Assembly (NCBI GenBank): GCA_020536535.1
Contig: JAHLWZ010000004.1
Coordinates: forward strand, 402,870 to 466,869
Length of the DNA: 64,000 nt
DNA from: Pelomyxa schiedti
Taxonomy: Eukaryota; Protista; Evosea
Direction: 5' to 3'
The notes beneath the pieces were generated by a model. It worked only from the letters and a program-made list of their open reading frames with translations, was not told the origin of the DNA and searched no databases. This document shows, in pieces, positions 26,038 through 39,450 of the stretch. Made by a program: the position numbers and the translations under genes. How positions within the stretch are numbered: position 1 is the stretch's first letter; each line of letters begins with the position of its first letter.

Positions 26038-29000
26038 ATGAGCAGCGCCGGGACAACGGGCAGCAGCAAGACACACACAACCACTAAAAAACCACAAGCA
26101 CTCAAGTCGAAGACACGCAGAAAGAGTGGTGGGCGTGTGGCGAGCGTAAAACGGAATGCAAAGACCAGAAAGGGCGCATCGAAGAAAATGCTGTCAGGCA
26201 AGTCCAAAGCGCGGTCGAAACGAACAGCGTTGAAGAGCGCCCCGGTTCCTCTCGTGGGGAAAGCTGCACTTCAAAAGCGTTTGGATGAGGTGTGCACCAC
26301 GGTCTTCTTGCCATTCAATAAGTAAATGTAACTGTTCTATTTAAGCTCTTGGAGCCTTTCACCCGCAAAAACCGTAAAAGCCGCTCTGCTGACTGGCCGA
26401 CAGCTTCCAAGGAAGTTGTAAAACTTCTGGATACCTACAAAACTCCTCAAGGTGGCAATGTCAACGAAAAAAACCAAAAATAACCCTACAACAAGCACTT
26501 GAAAAAACCGTTGATATGATTATCAAGCAAATGGCCACTCAGAGTACAGTCCTTGTTGGTCTCTCTACTTTACTGCAGGAGGTCGAACTCACTCTCTCCT
26601 ATTTTCCCTCACTTTTGACCTAAGGTTATGAAAAGATTCCCTCAAATCACACTGACATCTCTGATTACCCGAATGGATTCCCATTTTCCTCTCAAAGCTC
26701 CTGCAAAGGTACACAAGCTCCCTTTGGGAGGAAAAACCCAATTTGGGTTATTTTTTCTGATTTTACTGACTTTCATAAAAGGAAGAAGGCTCTGACACCT
26801 GCATACAATATTCAAATGCATTGTCTTCCCTTCTCACTGCGTCACTTCCTGTTGTGAGTGAACCTGAAAAAGTGACTGTCTGTATGCAGTTGTTACGAAA
26901 ACTCGTTCCAAGGTGGGTTTCAGGGGAGCCTTTTGGGCGAATATCAATGAACTTGATCCAGAAGGTAGCCAAAACAGTAATGCGTGTGTGTGACATGTTG
27001 CAGATACCAGAAGCAGACCTACGTACAATAATTGCGGAACTTGTTCCCTTATTAGTCGTTTCCCAACAATGGTCTATTTATAACCTCCACTTGATGTTAA
27101 CTCTTGAGCCTTCCTTCAAGGTTATTGTTTATGTAATTCAATGTCTTTCGTAATAGGATATATTAGGCTGAAGTGCTCAAGTTAAATCCTAGAATTAAAT
27201 TTATACAAATCAGTGCCCCAGTTGTACCAAGGCTTCTTTCTTTCTTAAAGGTTGGAAACAAAATGATGATAAATGCTTAACAAAAAACTTAGACAAAAGT
27301 TGGACTTGAAGCAATAGGCAATCCTCACCTGTGGCAGGCAGTTGTGCGCAGTGCAACTCGGCAAAAAAATTCTCTTGATGTTTTGCACCTTCTCTGGAAA
27401 ACGTTTGTTGAAGGCATTCTCTAAGAGTTTGTTCTGGACACTTATGCGAGTCACAGAAAAGCCATTCATCAATGAAAATCGTATCACTCAGGTGCGTCTG
27501 ACCTTGTCAGCAGCCGTTTTTTGTTGCTGTTCTCGAGAAATCCTTATCAAATTCCTTGCTGACGGAAAAGTGAAGCTGATCTGTTCCCTTCTTGGGATGC
27601 GTGGTTTGCCCCTAAAGTATTCTTGGTCATGGGTATGCGCTCGAACATACCCCACAATCATCAACACATCAAAAAGTCCCATCAAATGAAAGCATCTCCT
27701 GATGCATGTTGCTTATTTCTCCAAAATTTTTTGGGATTTGCCCTCAAACCAGAGGGGTATGTTGACCATATGGTTGTTAATCTAATTCAGCTATTTCTAG
27801 GGGTACTTCCCTCCCGAATGCATTATGTGTGAAGGAGCTACTTAAACAGACTCCTAATCAATTTGTTAAGGATTATGTTACTAGTTTAATGAGAACTGTT
27901 CTCAGTTCCAGGTGAGTGGCGTGAAAAGTATTTTCTTTCTCAAATAGTTTACAGAGATAAGAGCCTCACATCCTGGCTCCTTGTTCTTATTGTATCAGGA
28001 ATAAAAATTCTTGTAAAAAGAGCTTGTATTGATGAAGACTCGTTATCGTCATACTTGGTTTCCTTTTTTTCCGTGGCACATATTCAGAAACCACTACGTT
28101 GTGTTCTACACTTCTCCCTCATACACTCACACTTTTTAGCCTCAATTTTGTCTCGGTTATCTGGCAAAGCTGAGTGGCTATTTTCTCATAGTGTTACCGA
28201 AACTGCCGCCTTTGGTAGTACTTTAACGGATCTAATAAGCATGCTTGTCAAGTGCAAGCCTCTTACAGAAGGTACAACCCAAATGCAAATGAGAGTGGCT
28301 CTCAATCTTCACCGTAGGGCAGGTGATGTGGAAAGCTGGCATAAACACACTTTACAACTTCATACTGAAATGCAGTTGTATGTCACTCTCCCGGTTGAAG
28401 AGGTGGTTACTCACAACTTTTTCTAGTGAACAAAGACATTTGGGCTCATGTTCACCTAAAGGAGCGAAGCAAAACCCAATTATGTGAATTGCTTTCTTCT
28501 CTCACTGGTCTGTGGACTGAGGTGGATTATTCCATTGCACTTTGGATGGTTCTAAGAAATTAACAGGCGGAAAATACCACAAATGGTGTCGTTCCAGCGC
28601 ACTTAGGCTCACTTTTTCTTTTGTGCAAGTCTCTAATAGTTTATACCTTCAGTAATAGTGCCGCACTAGAACCTCTTCAGGTTGAGATTACCTCTTTACA
28701 CACCTGAACCAAAAGATCCTCGACAGTCAACTCTAATAACTCATTTTCAGAAACTAATAGATTCACTAAGCCGCCTACAACCGTTGTTATGTAAAGCAGC
28801 ACTTCCCAAACTTCACACTTATAGTCCTGGTATGTAAGTAAGTTACCTCAGACCATTGTACCCAAATATTCCTAGAAGAAAACGAGAGCTTTTCTTCTTT
28901 AACAACGGCTTTCTTACATATACTGAAACTGAAAAAACCGTGGATCTTGACTCCATCTTTTAAAAGTTTTGAGTAATTGCCCCCCTTTTCTTGAAGCTTT

Positions 29001-31002
29001 CTGATCAGTACATCCAGATCAATTTCTCCCTTTATCCCCACATCTAGCGCGGTGTCCCTTATAAATTTTGTTACTGGCGTTGGTGGGTATATTGTTACAT
29101 AGCTCCTTGTTTACTCTACCAATAGAAACTGAGGATGCCGACCGATTAAGAAGTGATAGTGATAGTGATGACGATACAGATTTTGGAAGTGACCTGGAAG
29201 GGGAGAGTGGCAGCGAGGAAGCAGATAATGAGGAAATGAGCTTCAACGATTATCGAGCTGTTTGTTTCCCCCCTCTTATGTTTCTCTAATCGACCACAGG
29301 CTGCAGATGTAGAATTTGATGATGACACAATGTTGGGGCTTGATAAATATTACTCTTCTGTTGTTAAAGGGGGTAAGCCAGAAGGCGAAGAGGACCAACT
29401 TGCAGTGGATGAGGGTACACCTCCCAACACTCGTTTTGTACTCACTTTTTTATTACCTTAGAATGGGAAAGACGCAGAGCCACAAAATACTTAGATTTTC
29501 TTCTTCCAGCTAACATGACAAACCCAATGCTCCTCCAATTGGCGTCCGATTTGGGTGACATGGCCCTACAAAGTCAGAAGATGGAAAAAAGTTCCTTGAA
29601 GATACTCCATAATATCTCCAATTTACTCCTTGGATTCACGCAGTACGCTATTTAAATGACCACAGTCGTCATTAACTGTAGTAAAAGGTTCCCTGTTCTT
29701 GAGGACAAAGAAATGGTGACGGCTGTCAAAGAGGCAGTTGTGGGATTAACGAAGGCATGTTTACGGGTAGCAAGAGACAACCTCTCCACTCCTGTCCTGG
29801 TCACATTTCAGTTTGCCAGCTACATTTCACGTGTGGTGATGCATTCGGTAAAAAAAGGGGGAGCTGCTGAACCGTTGCTGTCACCTGAAGAAGTGACTGA
29901 TCTGGAGGAAAAGCTGGCTCAGCCTATTTTTTCCTATCTATCAAGAGAGCCCAGCAGCTTTGCCCTTTTAAAGACAGTAATCCTCGCGTCGGACATGGGG
30001 AGAACCCTCCTAGAACTTTGCTCACGTGAACTTTTTGCTGACAAAGAAGCTGACACTCCAAGGTTTTTTTCCTTTAGTTAGTTCCACTACCTCAACCACA
30101 TATTCAGCACTCACTTTAAAACACTGGATCTCTTATGCAAATTACTGGCCACACAAACAGTTTGTATCCAACCTCATTTAATCGCCTTTTGATTTGAATT
30201 TTAGTGTACCAATGCACTTAGTTTGGTGTCTGAAGCAGGTATAATTTCTCTTTGAATGCCGACCAATAAGCTGTTTGCAGCCGCCTATGTGCTTGCTTAC
30301 TGTAAACGTCTTAAACGCAATGATGTGACACCTGTTGTGGCTACTCAAATATTTCACTTACTGAAGTGCTTTCACGCACTTCTTTCAACTTCGTTGGAAA
30401 CACACTCAAGGGAAAAGGTTCAATATCCTTTACCAGTTTACCACGGCATTGCATTTTTTGTGTTGCATACCATAAAAACACTCTTCTAATTTCTATGTTA
30501 GGTCGTTGAACTCCTCCCAGAAAACTTGTTATCTGAACTACAAACTGTCAGTAAGAAAATTGCCAAACAAAAAATTGTTCAGATGTGCCGGGTTCTGACC
30601 GAGCTCATAACTGGGTACTTACCCTTACAGGTGACATTAACTTGACTATCTCCTAGAGAAAAACAGCAGAAGACTGAGAAAGTGCGTAGTAAGAAGCCAA
30701 AAGACGGGGGTAGTGGAAAGGAAGCTCCCAACAAAAAGAAACAAGCTCCCACCAAAACTACCAACTCTGCAGAACCTACAACAACAACTACAACAACAAC
30801 AACAACAACAACAACTACGAGTACCACAGCCGGATCCAAACGACCACCCCCATCACCAACAGCAAACACCACAAAGTCGTCCCCCAAAAAGGCCGACCTG
30901 ACAGTTAAATCAGCCAAAAAAGCCACCAAGCCATCACCACCAAAGCCCAAACGGACAAAGACCACAACTCAAGCAAACAACAAAGTAAATAAGAAAGTTT
31001 AA
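26038..31002 (+). CDS. Large helical nuclear protein, possibly MYBBP1A/Pol5 family
   Basis: Basic N- and C-terminal tails; acidic tract followed by DDDTMLGLDKYY, resembling the MYBBP1A/Pol5 'DDE.M..LD' motif; many short introns; family call tentative. Confidence 0.45.
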
Positions 31003-31129
31003 CTAGATTCCAACCAAAAAAAAGAAACCAAGTCTTTTGGGGGAAAAAATCTGTTTTTACACTTTCTCCAGTACAGTGGGGAAAAAGAAAAAAAAGAGAA
31101 CAAGGTATGCAGGATTGGATGGGAAGGGA

Positions 31130-31966
31130 TTACAACAAGGCACATTTGCCCTTCTTCCTGCCACCACCGCCTCCTGTTGCATTCCTGGCATTGTGTACTA
31201 TGTCAATTGCACTCTCAAACAACTCATTTACACCCTGCCTCAGTCTCGCACAGGCCTCGGCGTAATTCACAGCACCACAGCTCCTTCCCAACTCCGCACC
31301 TTGTTCTGTTGATATTGTTTCTACTTTTCCTGACAACTGGTCGGCAACGGGGTTTTCACGTAAGTCAGTCTTGAGACCAACAAGTATAACCGGGATGTCT
31401 AGGTGCCAGGGTAAGGGGGAAAAAAAAGAGTATTACGGCTTGGATGTACCAGGGCAGTAATGGCGGACTTCGGGAAACCATCTATCCTAGCATAATGTGA
31501 TTCTCCAGAATGTGATGGAAAGGGGATTACCTTGACATTGTCATACGATCTTTTGCTAACAACACTAAAGCATATGAGAGCAATCTGGGTGTCGGGATAT
31601 CTACCATTGAGAGTATCAAAAAAGAAGCGCTATTAGATTTGATTTGTTGATGGAGTGGGTGACTAACGATAAAGGACGGAGTCGATCAAAGTCTTCCTGC
31701 CCTGCAGTATCCCACAATTCAAGACATATTGGGGCCGACTGAAGTCCAGTTAAAAATACATTCCTATCACAGAGGGGATACGCACGTTTGGTTTATTCAC
31801 CACTTTCACGTAGTTCTCAAAGACCTTGATCTCGGTTACTGGCTACGTAGTGAGAAAAAGCAACTACACACAGTGGGGCAATACTTCTCAGGGAACTCAT
31901 CACGAGCATAGACGATCAACAAGCAAGTCTGGGAGAAAAAAAAAGGGTGGTGTGAGGAAAAATGAC

Positions 31967-32045
<79 letters not shown>

Positions 32046-32140
32046 AAAAATGAAGGGAGTGAGAGCGTAGATCTTAGTTGGACCTTGCCGACAGCACCAT
32101 CACCGACAACGACCAGTTTGATCCTCTCCTCTGTAGCCAT
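31130..32140 (-). CDS. Rho-family GTPase with CaaX (CALL)
   Basis: IKLVVVGDGAVGKTCLL, PTVFENY, LWDTAGQEDFDRLRPLSYP, VGLKTDLR, RKKGKCALL*. Confidence 0.93.
31969..32043. repeat. ~75 nt poly-A (poly-T on the coding strand) in intron 1 of the Rho gene
   Basis: Directly visible. Confidence 0.93.
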
Positions 32141-32561
32141 TTTTTTTTTCTTGAAACCCTCTAAATTTTTTATCCCTTTTCCTTTGAAAAGCGAAAAGTT
32201 TTCTGGTTCGAACTGAGGGTTGATCTCAAGAGAAAAAAAATTCCCTTGTTGCCTGGTCTACAGCCTCCAATTGGTGAGAAACACAATTAGTCTCAATTTT
32301 TGCAGTGTGATTGTTTGTAGTTCTCCATTAGGTACGCCAAAGTGTGTAGGTACGTGCCTGTTGTCTGGGGTGTTTTTACAAGGGATACTGATACTGAAAC
32401 TGAGTTTCAATTTGGGGCTGAAAAATCAGGAAAACCCTTGGTGGAAACACAAAGAGTGATACCCTATATCTTGTGTAATGTGTTCTAAGCTTCCGGTTAA
32501 TCAATGAATATCCACTCACAAAATTGTTACAGGAAATGCAATGTGAGCAACACTAGAACCA

Positions 32562-33906
32562 TCAAAATAGTTCATTACTTCCATTTCTATTCAGTGGATT
32601 GGCACAACAATATATACACCGATGTGCTGCAGGGGGGGAAAAAAATTACTCCAAGCACATGACAGTAGTGAAACACACCGCATGCAAATTCTTTATCATA
32701 GCTGCCAATTTCCATGGATTTACTGCAATGACAGGCGTCTCTGCATTTGGTTGGGTAATGGGTAGAGATTAAGAGGGGAACCTCCTCCAGGGGTCATGAT
32801 CTGTGTGTGTAAGAAGAGGAAGTCCGCGTGCTTTCAAAACTGCATTGACCTGGTTTCCATCCACACAGCTGGGGAATTTCAGTGTTTGAAGTTCAAAGGA
32901 TGAAAAACCTTCCAGGGGTCAAACCACTGTGCCCAAGAACCTCTGGCATGCGACATGGGTGAAGAGTGAGCTGAATAACTGTTAAAATAACCAAGTAAGA
33001 GAAGTCATACTCCGTGTGTGGCAGCAATTCCAATTAGGTTATCGAGGATTCTTTCTTTTTCTATTAGGGGTGGATCAATGAGTTCTATTCCTGCTTGTGC
33101 CATCTGTTTTTTTGGTTAGTGTGATCTTATATGAAATCGTTTTTACCCTTGGTACAACTGTCTTGTAGGGGATGCAGAATGCAAATGTAATCTTTTTCAG
33201 CCCGAGTTTCCCTCCAGCTTCACATATCTAGTGTGAACTATAAGTATGATTTTAAAAATGTTGGAGAGTACCTGCGAGAAATGAGACAAGTTATCATAAA
33301 CGGTATCGTCCCCATGATTCTTATAGAAAACGATGGGATCAAACCGCAGTGATACACTGCTTGCATTTTAATTTCTCTTGGCATTCAGCGATTCACATAA
33401 CCTTTCGGGTCCAAACAATCTAACAAGTTGAGATAGCTGTTCAAGCCTCTCAGGAAAAGTGCAACGCAATCCCGGTTCCAATATGGAGGGGCTATTCAGA
33501 GTAAAGTTGAAGCAGTGAGCATCATATTGAGCAAGCAAGTTGTGAGTGACTGGATCGTTGAAGCACTGCAACCACTTGGAAAAATCCTTTGACCACCTTT
33601 GTTATACCTTGTCAATAACAAATTGTGGGTGGGCATCAGGATATGTTATGAATACCACACGAAAGCCCGAACAAATGGGGGTCTGAGTGTCACGGTGGGA
33701 GGTGAATACCTCGACCTGGTCACAAACCCCTCTTTGATCCTCTCCAAGACCCAGTCCATATAGAACCTGTTTTCATTAAAGGAATTAAGACACAACCAAC
33801 CCGACTCAATGCATTGTGGGATGAAAAATAGGAGCACTAACGCTGGGATGTCAGTCCTTCTTGAGCACGAGATCACTTCCCACGTCTCTTCGGGTTGTTG
33901 TGCCAT
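32562..33906 (-). CDS. DUF1848-family protein (radical-SAM-related) with C-terminal CxxxCxxC, intron-containing
   Basis: VISCSRRTDIPAFYMDW..RIKEGFV, FNFTLN..LEPG, LRFDPI, RDACHCSKSMEIGSYD..CAHRCIYCCAN. Confidence 0.8.
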
Positions 33907-34440
33907 CACCGATATTAGTTATATATGAGATTGGAGATAGACTTTGATGGCATGAAATTGGGGGGAGGATCAAAGAAAAACACTGTGTCCTTCATTTCGT
34001 CGGTGGAGTTGTGCTTGAGAAAGATCAAGTAATGAATCCACAAATTTGGTGAGGAAGCCCCAAACCGTTCGTGAGATCACCGCCCTGGTTTATCTTTTCT
34101 CGGACTGAAACATTTTGGGGACTGGACCGGGTTCGCGAAAGACCAAGTTCCTCTCCCCTTCGTTTCCCTTTCTTTTCATCAAACGCCATTCGTCTGGATG
34201 CCTGTAACAAAACACCACTCCCGCAACAAGAGAAAGAAAACACCAAACCCTAAAAAACCAAACAAAACAGGCCGTCCCACCTTGCCCCACAACACAAACG
34301 CCCCAACAAACACAACAACCAAGGACGGCACAGCCACCAGCCAAACCCATAATAAGAAGAAAAAAGTACCCACACCGGCCGTATCCCCCACACTTGGAAT
34401 CTTGTGTTGCCCAACCACGCCTTCGCTACTTTGTTGTGGA

Positions 34441-36180
34441 ATGTTCGGCGGCAGTGCTCAGCCGTCTCCCATAATCCCGAACCGCCTGTACCTCGGCGAC
34501 GAATTACACGGCTGCTCGCGGCGCACTTTGAGGCTGTGCGGAGTGACTCGCGTGTTGTCTGTTGGCGAGCGCGCGTTCGAGCTTCCCGGCGTGTTGTTGA
34601 TGCACCACGCAATGAGCGATTATGGGAGGTCAAACCTCACGAGGCTGCTGCCGTCTTTTTTCAGATTCATCGACGAATCTCTGGCTAGAAACCAATGCCA
34701 AATTGATGATACATGCACAAATACCAATCCAAATCCAAATCCAATCACAAACACCAATTCCAACAGCAACAACAATGACCCAACCCAACTTTTTCTGGGA
34801 AAGGTTGCTTCTCCATTGAACCGTTCCCCTGTAACATCACCAATAACATCCCCTTCCCAGTCTCCTGCGCTTATGTCTGTTATGTACAACCAGCCAACTT
34901 ACACACTGTCACCTCACTCTGCTTCCCCTCAGCGCTCCACATGTGCTTCTTCTTCTGGTGCTGTACTGGTACATTGTGCTGCCGGAGCAAACAGGTCTCC
35001 GGTTGTGGTTATAGCATACCTCATAGCAAGATGCGGGCTAACTTTAGCCGAGGCCGCCACCCATGTGAAGTCTCTTAGACCCCAAACTCATCCTTGTATA
35101 TCTTATATGGAGCAGCTTCTTACGCTGGAATATGAATGCTTCGGCTCTAACTCCTGGAAGTTAAGCGAATTTGCAATGGCCATGCAAGGAAAACCTTCTG
35201 TGCAGACCATTCAACTTACTGCCGTTAATGACACGGTGGTTGTATCCCAGATGCCCACTTCTCCAAAACCCTCACCAAAGGCACAACCTTCCCCAAAAGG
35301 GCAGCCTTCTCCAAAAGCGCCACCATCCCAAATGGCACCGCCCAAACTAGTGCCACCACCACTTACCACCCAATATGTAAATCTAACAAATCCAACAGTT
35401 ACATCAACCCACTTGCAGGGAACACCCGTTACTCTTCCGCCATTCAATCCAATACCCTCCTCACACTCAAATCCAACACTTTTTCCACCTTCGAAACAAA
35501 ACGCACTGCCCTCTGACAAGCCTGCCGAAAGACAATATACTCCATTCACAATTGCCGCGATAGCACTTGCCACCGCGCTAGGCCCAGCGGCTACCGGAAC
35601 AAGGAAAGTAGTTCCGCAAAAAGAAGCACCTCCCGGTCCGAAGCTGCCGCCGATTCCTCCTAAGCACAAGGATGACATTTTGATGGTTACACCCATTCCT
35701 GCAACCCAAAGCACAAACACCAACTCCAACTCTAACATCAGCATCAGCACCAGCACCAAAATCACAACAGACCCAATAAAGAACCTCTCCCCACTACCCC
35801 CGCAAGCACCTCTCACAAATACAACCACCAATATGCCGACATTAATGACAAACAAAACAGCCATCACAGGAATCAATTTCTACAAGACACCCAAGGAGAA
35901 ACAGACACTTCCACCCTTGGTTAACAAAAAGCATTCGCCAAGCTCACTCCCCAACAAAACCCCACACAAGCCAGTCACATCACTCTCCCCATCATTGTCA
36001 TATCCCGGTGGATCCAGCAACACTTCTGGGAACACTGGGTGTAATGCAAAGTGGGATTGGACCAGCTGTGGTGTACATTACTCCAAGCAGCCAATACCAC
36101 ACACAGGCCACCAATTTAGCTTCTGCAGAGAGCTCCCCACACTGCCCAATAGTTGTGTGGGTGCAGGGCTCTCTATGTGA
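34441..36180 (+). CDS. Dual-specificity protein phosphatase with low-complexity insert and long Pro/Thr-rich tail (intronless; ORF opens at 34198)
   Basis: PSPIIPNRLYLG, VLVHCAAGANRSPVVVIAYLI, HVKSLRP, YMEQLLTLE. Confidence 0.88.
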   Translation: MFGGSAQPSPIIPNRLYLGDELHGCSRRTLRLCGVTRVLSVGERAFELPGVLLMHHAMSDYGRSNLTRLLPSFFRFIDESLARNQCQIDDTCTNTNPNPNPITNTNSNSNNNDPTQLFLGKVASPLNRSPVTSPITSPSQSPALMSVMYNQPTYTLSPHSASPQRSTCASSSGAVLVHCAAGANRSPVVVIAYLIARCGLTLAEAATHVKSLRPQTHPCISYMEQLLTLEYECFGSNSWKLSEFAMAMQGKPSVQTIQLTAVNDTVVVSQMPTSPKPSPKAQPSPKGQPSPKAPPSQMAPPKLVPPPLTTQYVNLTNPTVTSTHLQGTPVTLPPFNPIPSSHSNPTLFPPSKQNALPSDKPAERQYTPFTIAAIALATALGPAATGTRKVVPQKEAPPGPKLPPIPPKHKDDILMVTPIPATQSTNTNSNSNISISTSTKITTDPIKNLSPLPPQAPLTNTTTNMPTLMTNKTAITGINFYKTPKEKQTLPPLVNKKHSPSSLPNKTPHKPVTSLSPSLSYPGGSSNTSGNTGCNAKWDWTSCGVHYSKQPIPHTGHQFSFCRELPTLPNSCVGAGLSM

Positions 36181-36435
36181 AAACTAGTACTTATTACATT
36201 TTTGTTAAAACATTTCTTCGTCACATTTCTTTGCCCTTTCCCGGCTCGTTCCCTGCTTTTGATGTCCTTCCTTCCCGCTTTGCAAAGACATCAATTCCCT
36301 GCGAATTTTTCAACGAGGAAGTGATTTGCCGGAAGTCACTTCAAAAAGAAAACCACAAAACACGTTGGGGAGATCGTTGCTGTGTCACAAAAGAAAAAAA
36401 AAGAGACAAGCACGCGCGTGCGACAAGTGTTAACA

Positions 36436-39299
36436 ATGAGCACTACAACAGCATCGTCAAGTAACCGTCTGGCACTGAGACGTGTCGCAGTCATTTCCAG
36501 CCATTTGGGAGCAAGGTCGACATCAATGAACAGTCGCGGCATTGATCGTGAGATCTCCCTTGGGCGGCGGAACTGTTGTGGGATCTCGTGTTTTGTGGGA
36601 AACGAAGATTGCACGCCCTACCTGCTTGAAGGTTGTGGCAATGGTTTCCCCTCCTTATTAACGTGTCGTTAGGCTTGAAAATATTGGAGAACAGAGGTTA
36701 CGACTCGGCTGGAATCACCACCTTCGACGCTGAAAGGGGTTGTCTCGTTACAACAAAATACGCCAGCGTGGGATCTACCAGTGACGCCTTGACTAAACTT
36801 CGTGACTCTGCTAGTGTGCGTTTGCCCTCATTCGTTTACTGGTTACTAACGATTATTTTAGTCCCACAAAGGCCACAAAGTCGGAATAGCACATGTATGG
36901 TCTAGAGCTCAATTGACAGCATTAACTTAAATCCTATTTTTGAATCTTATGAAAAAAGACCCGTTGGGCAACACACGGAGGGAAAACGGACACTAATGCA
37001 CATCCGCACCTGGATGCAAAGAATAGGTTAGCGTGTATCCTGAGATCTCTATTAACTCTTGATCAGAGTTGCAATTGTTCACAATGGTGTCATTCAAAAC
37101 AGCAACGAGCTTAAGGAAGAATTGACAGCGAAGGGGATTCCTTTCCGCAGTGAAACGGACTCCGAAGTGATTGCCCAGTTGGTACTTTGTTGCATCGTTA
37201 ATTTCTTCGCTTAAGCCTATCTAGATAGGACATTACATTGATGTGGGAATGACGCCAGTGGAAGCTTGTAAGAAGACTCAAACTCGCTTGCAGGGAACTT
37301 GGTAGGAGTCGATGTCAATGTAATACAAGGAATTTTAACTCAAATGAAGGGGTGTTGTGGTATTATGCAAGGACATGCCTGATAAAGTAATTGCAATGAA
37401 GAACGGAAGCCCGCTCCTCGTTGGTATGAACAATATCAATCTGTATGACTTACTAACTTTTTATTAGGAATGGGTAAGACTAAAGTGTTTGTAGCAAGTG
37501 AGCCAAGTGCTTTTGCACGACACACAAGCCAGTACATTGCTCTACAAGATATGGAAGTTGCTGTGTTGGGTCCGGACTGCCCCTTGGACTTGTCCAGAGT
37601 GCAGGTGCATGCTGAAGATAAAATTCCCCTGTCCCCTGGTATCTTTCGCCCTTGTCCAAAGGTACCTCTCACTTGTTTAAGACCCGTGGCCCCACTGGAC
37701 TGTCAAAGAGATTATGGAGCAGCCTGTTAGTTTGGCCCTTGCAGTTGCGTGACACCTCAAGAATGATATGCACACTTACCCAATCTAGTTAAACTTTGGT
37801 GGAAGAATCATCGATGACATGCACGTCAAGTTGGGAGGCCTGGAATCCAAAAGCGTTTGTCTTCCTCAAACTGAAAATTGTTAAAGTACAGTAAAATTCC
37901 AGAGGGACCTTCTCCCCATACGCCATCTGGTTGTTGCAGCTTGTGGAACTTCATTGTTTGCAGGGGCGTTTGGAGCTTCACTCATGCGCTATCTGTCCGC
38001 TTTTGAAACTGTTCAGGTGGAATTCATTTTTCTCGACGGACAAAAAGTTTGATCTCTAACTTGGAGATAAGGTTGTTGATGCTGCAGAGACATGTATTGA
38101 AACCTTCCCAGCAAACAATGGTGGCTTACTTGTTATTTCTCAATCTGGAGAGACGAAGGATGTGCACAGGTTGGTTCCTTGACTGATATTCTTTTTTCTC
38201 AAAGCAATGATAGGGCATTACTCCTTGGTGAAAGTCTTAACTTACCTAGATTCTCGGTGGTATTTTTAATCAAATTTCCCTTCACCCCGCTTTGACAATT
38301 AACCTCAGGTCAACTGTGTTGGGTCCCTCATAGCTAGGACCACCAACTGTGGCGTGTACATCAATGCTGGCCGAGAATTCGGTACTAAAAACCTACGGAA
38401 ATCAATAATCTAATAATAATAAAAAAAAAGCTGTCGCATCTACAAAAGCATTTACGACACAGGTACTGCCTTTGCAATTCCACATAAATTGAGACTTCTC
38501 TGTAGGTGTGTTGTCTTGGCCTCATTGCGGTGTGGTTCGCACAACATAGAGCCGCAAAAACTACTGAACCAAAACAGCGTGAAGTGATTGAAGCTTTGCG
38601 TAGGTATGCAATGCGTGCCCCCTTCCCGGTTAATGAAAATGAATTGTAGACTTCCTACGAGTGCAGGAATGGCGTTGAGTACATGGCCGCAGGTAAGCAA
38701 TTAGAACCCCAACCACGTCGTAACTGTTCCCCTAAGATTAAAGATCTCGCAAGAAAGATTCATTCGATGAATGTCAGAAGTATGTTTGTATTGGGAAAAG
38801 GCCTGTCTGAACATGTTGCCAAAGAAGGAGCACTGAAAGTATGGCACTTTTATTTTTTTGAAGGCTCTTTCTGAACATCGAATGGCAGATTAAAGAGATT
38901 TCGTATTACCATGCTGAAGGGTATTCAGGAGGCGCACTTAAGCACGGCCCGTTTGCCTTGATCGAACCTGGGACTCCTATTATAATGCTGATTCCAGATG
39001 ATTCACAAGCTAGTTTCATGCGAATAGCAGCTGCTGAAGTCAAGGCACGAGGGGCATTCACCATTATAGTCACGGACAAGTGTGTAACCAATAAGCCTCC
39101 CTAAATACTAAACCTGATTGCCAGTTCCAAAATTGCAACTGGCCACGCCGACGAAGTAATTGTGATACCACACAATGGGCTACTCACTTCCCTCGTCTGT
39201 GTCATACCGCTCCAGCTGTTGGCCTATGAGCTCTCCGTGCTCCGTAACGTCAACCCCGACAAGCCAAGGAACCTCGCCAAGGCTGTTACTGTGGATTGA
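36436..39299 (+). CDS. GFAT: Glutamine:fructose-6-phosphate aminotransferase (GFAT) with 47-aa N-terminal extension
   Basis: [90 protein letters not shown]. Confidence 0.96.
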
Positions 39300-39450
39300 G
39301 AGCCTTTCCTGTATTCAATTCCCACGTGATGTACATACCTACACCCACGAGAAAAAAAAATCCATTTGTTCATTGAAAGTAGTTTCTTTTTGATATTTCT
39401 TTTACAGTACCCTATACTGCACAAGTGTTGTTATTACTTTAAAAGTTGCT

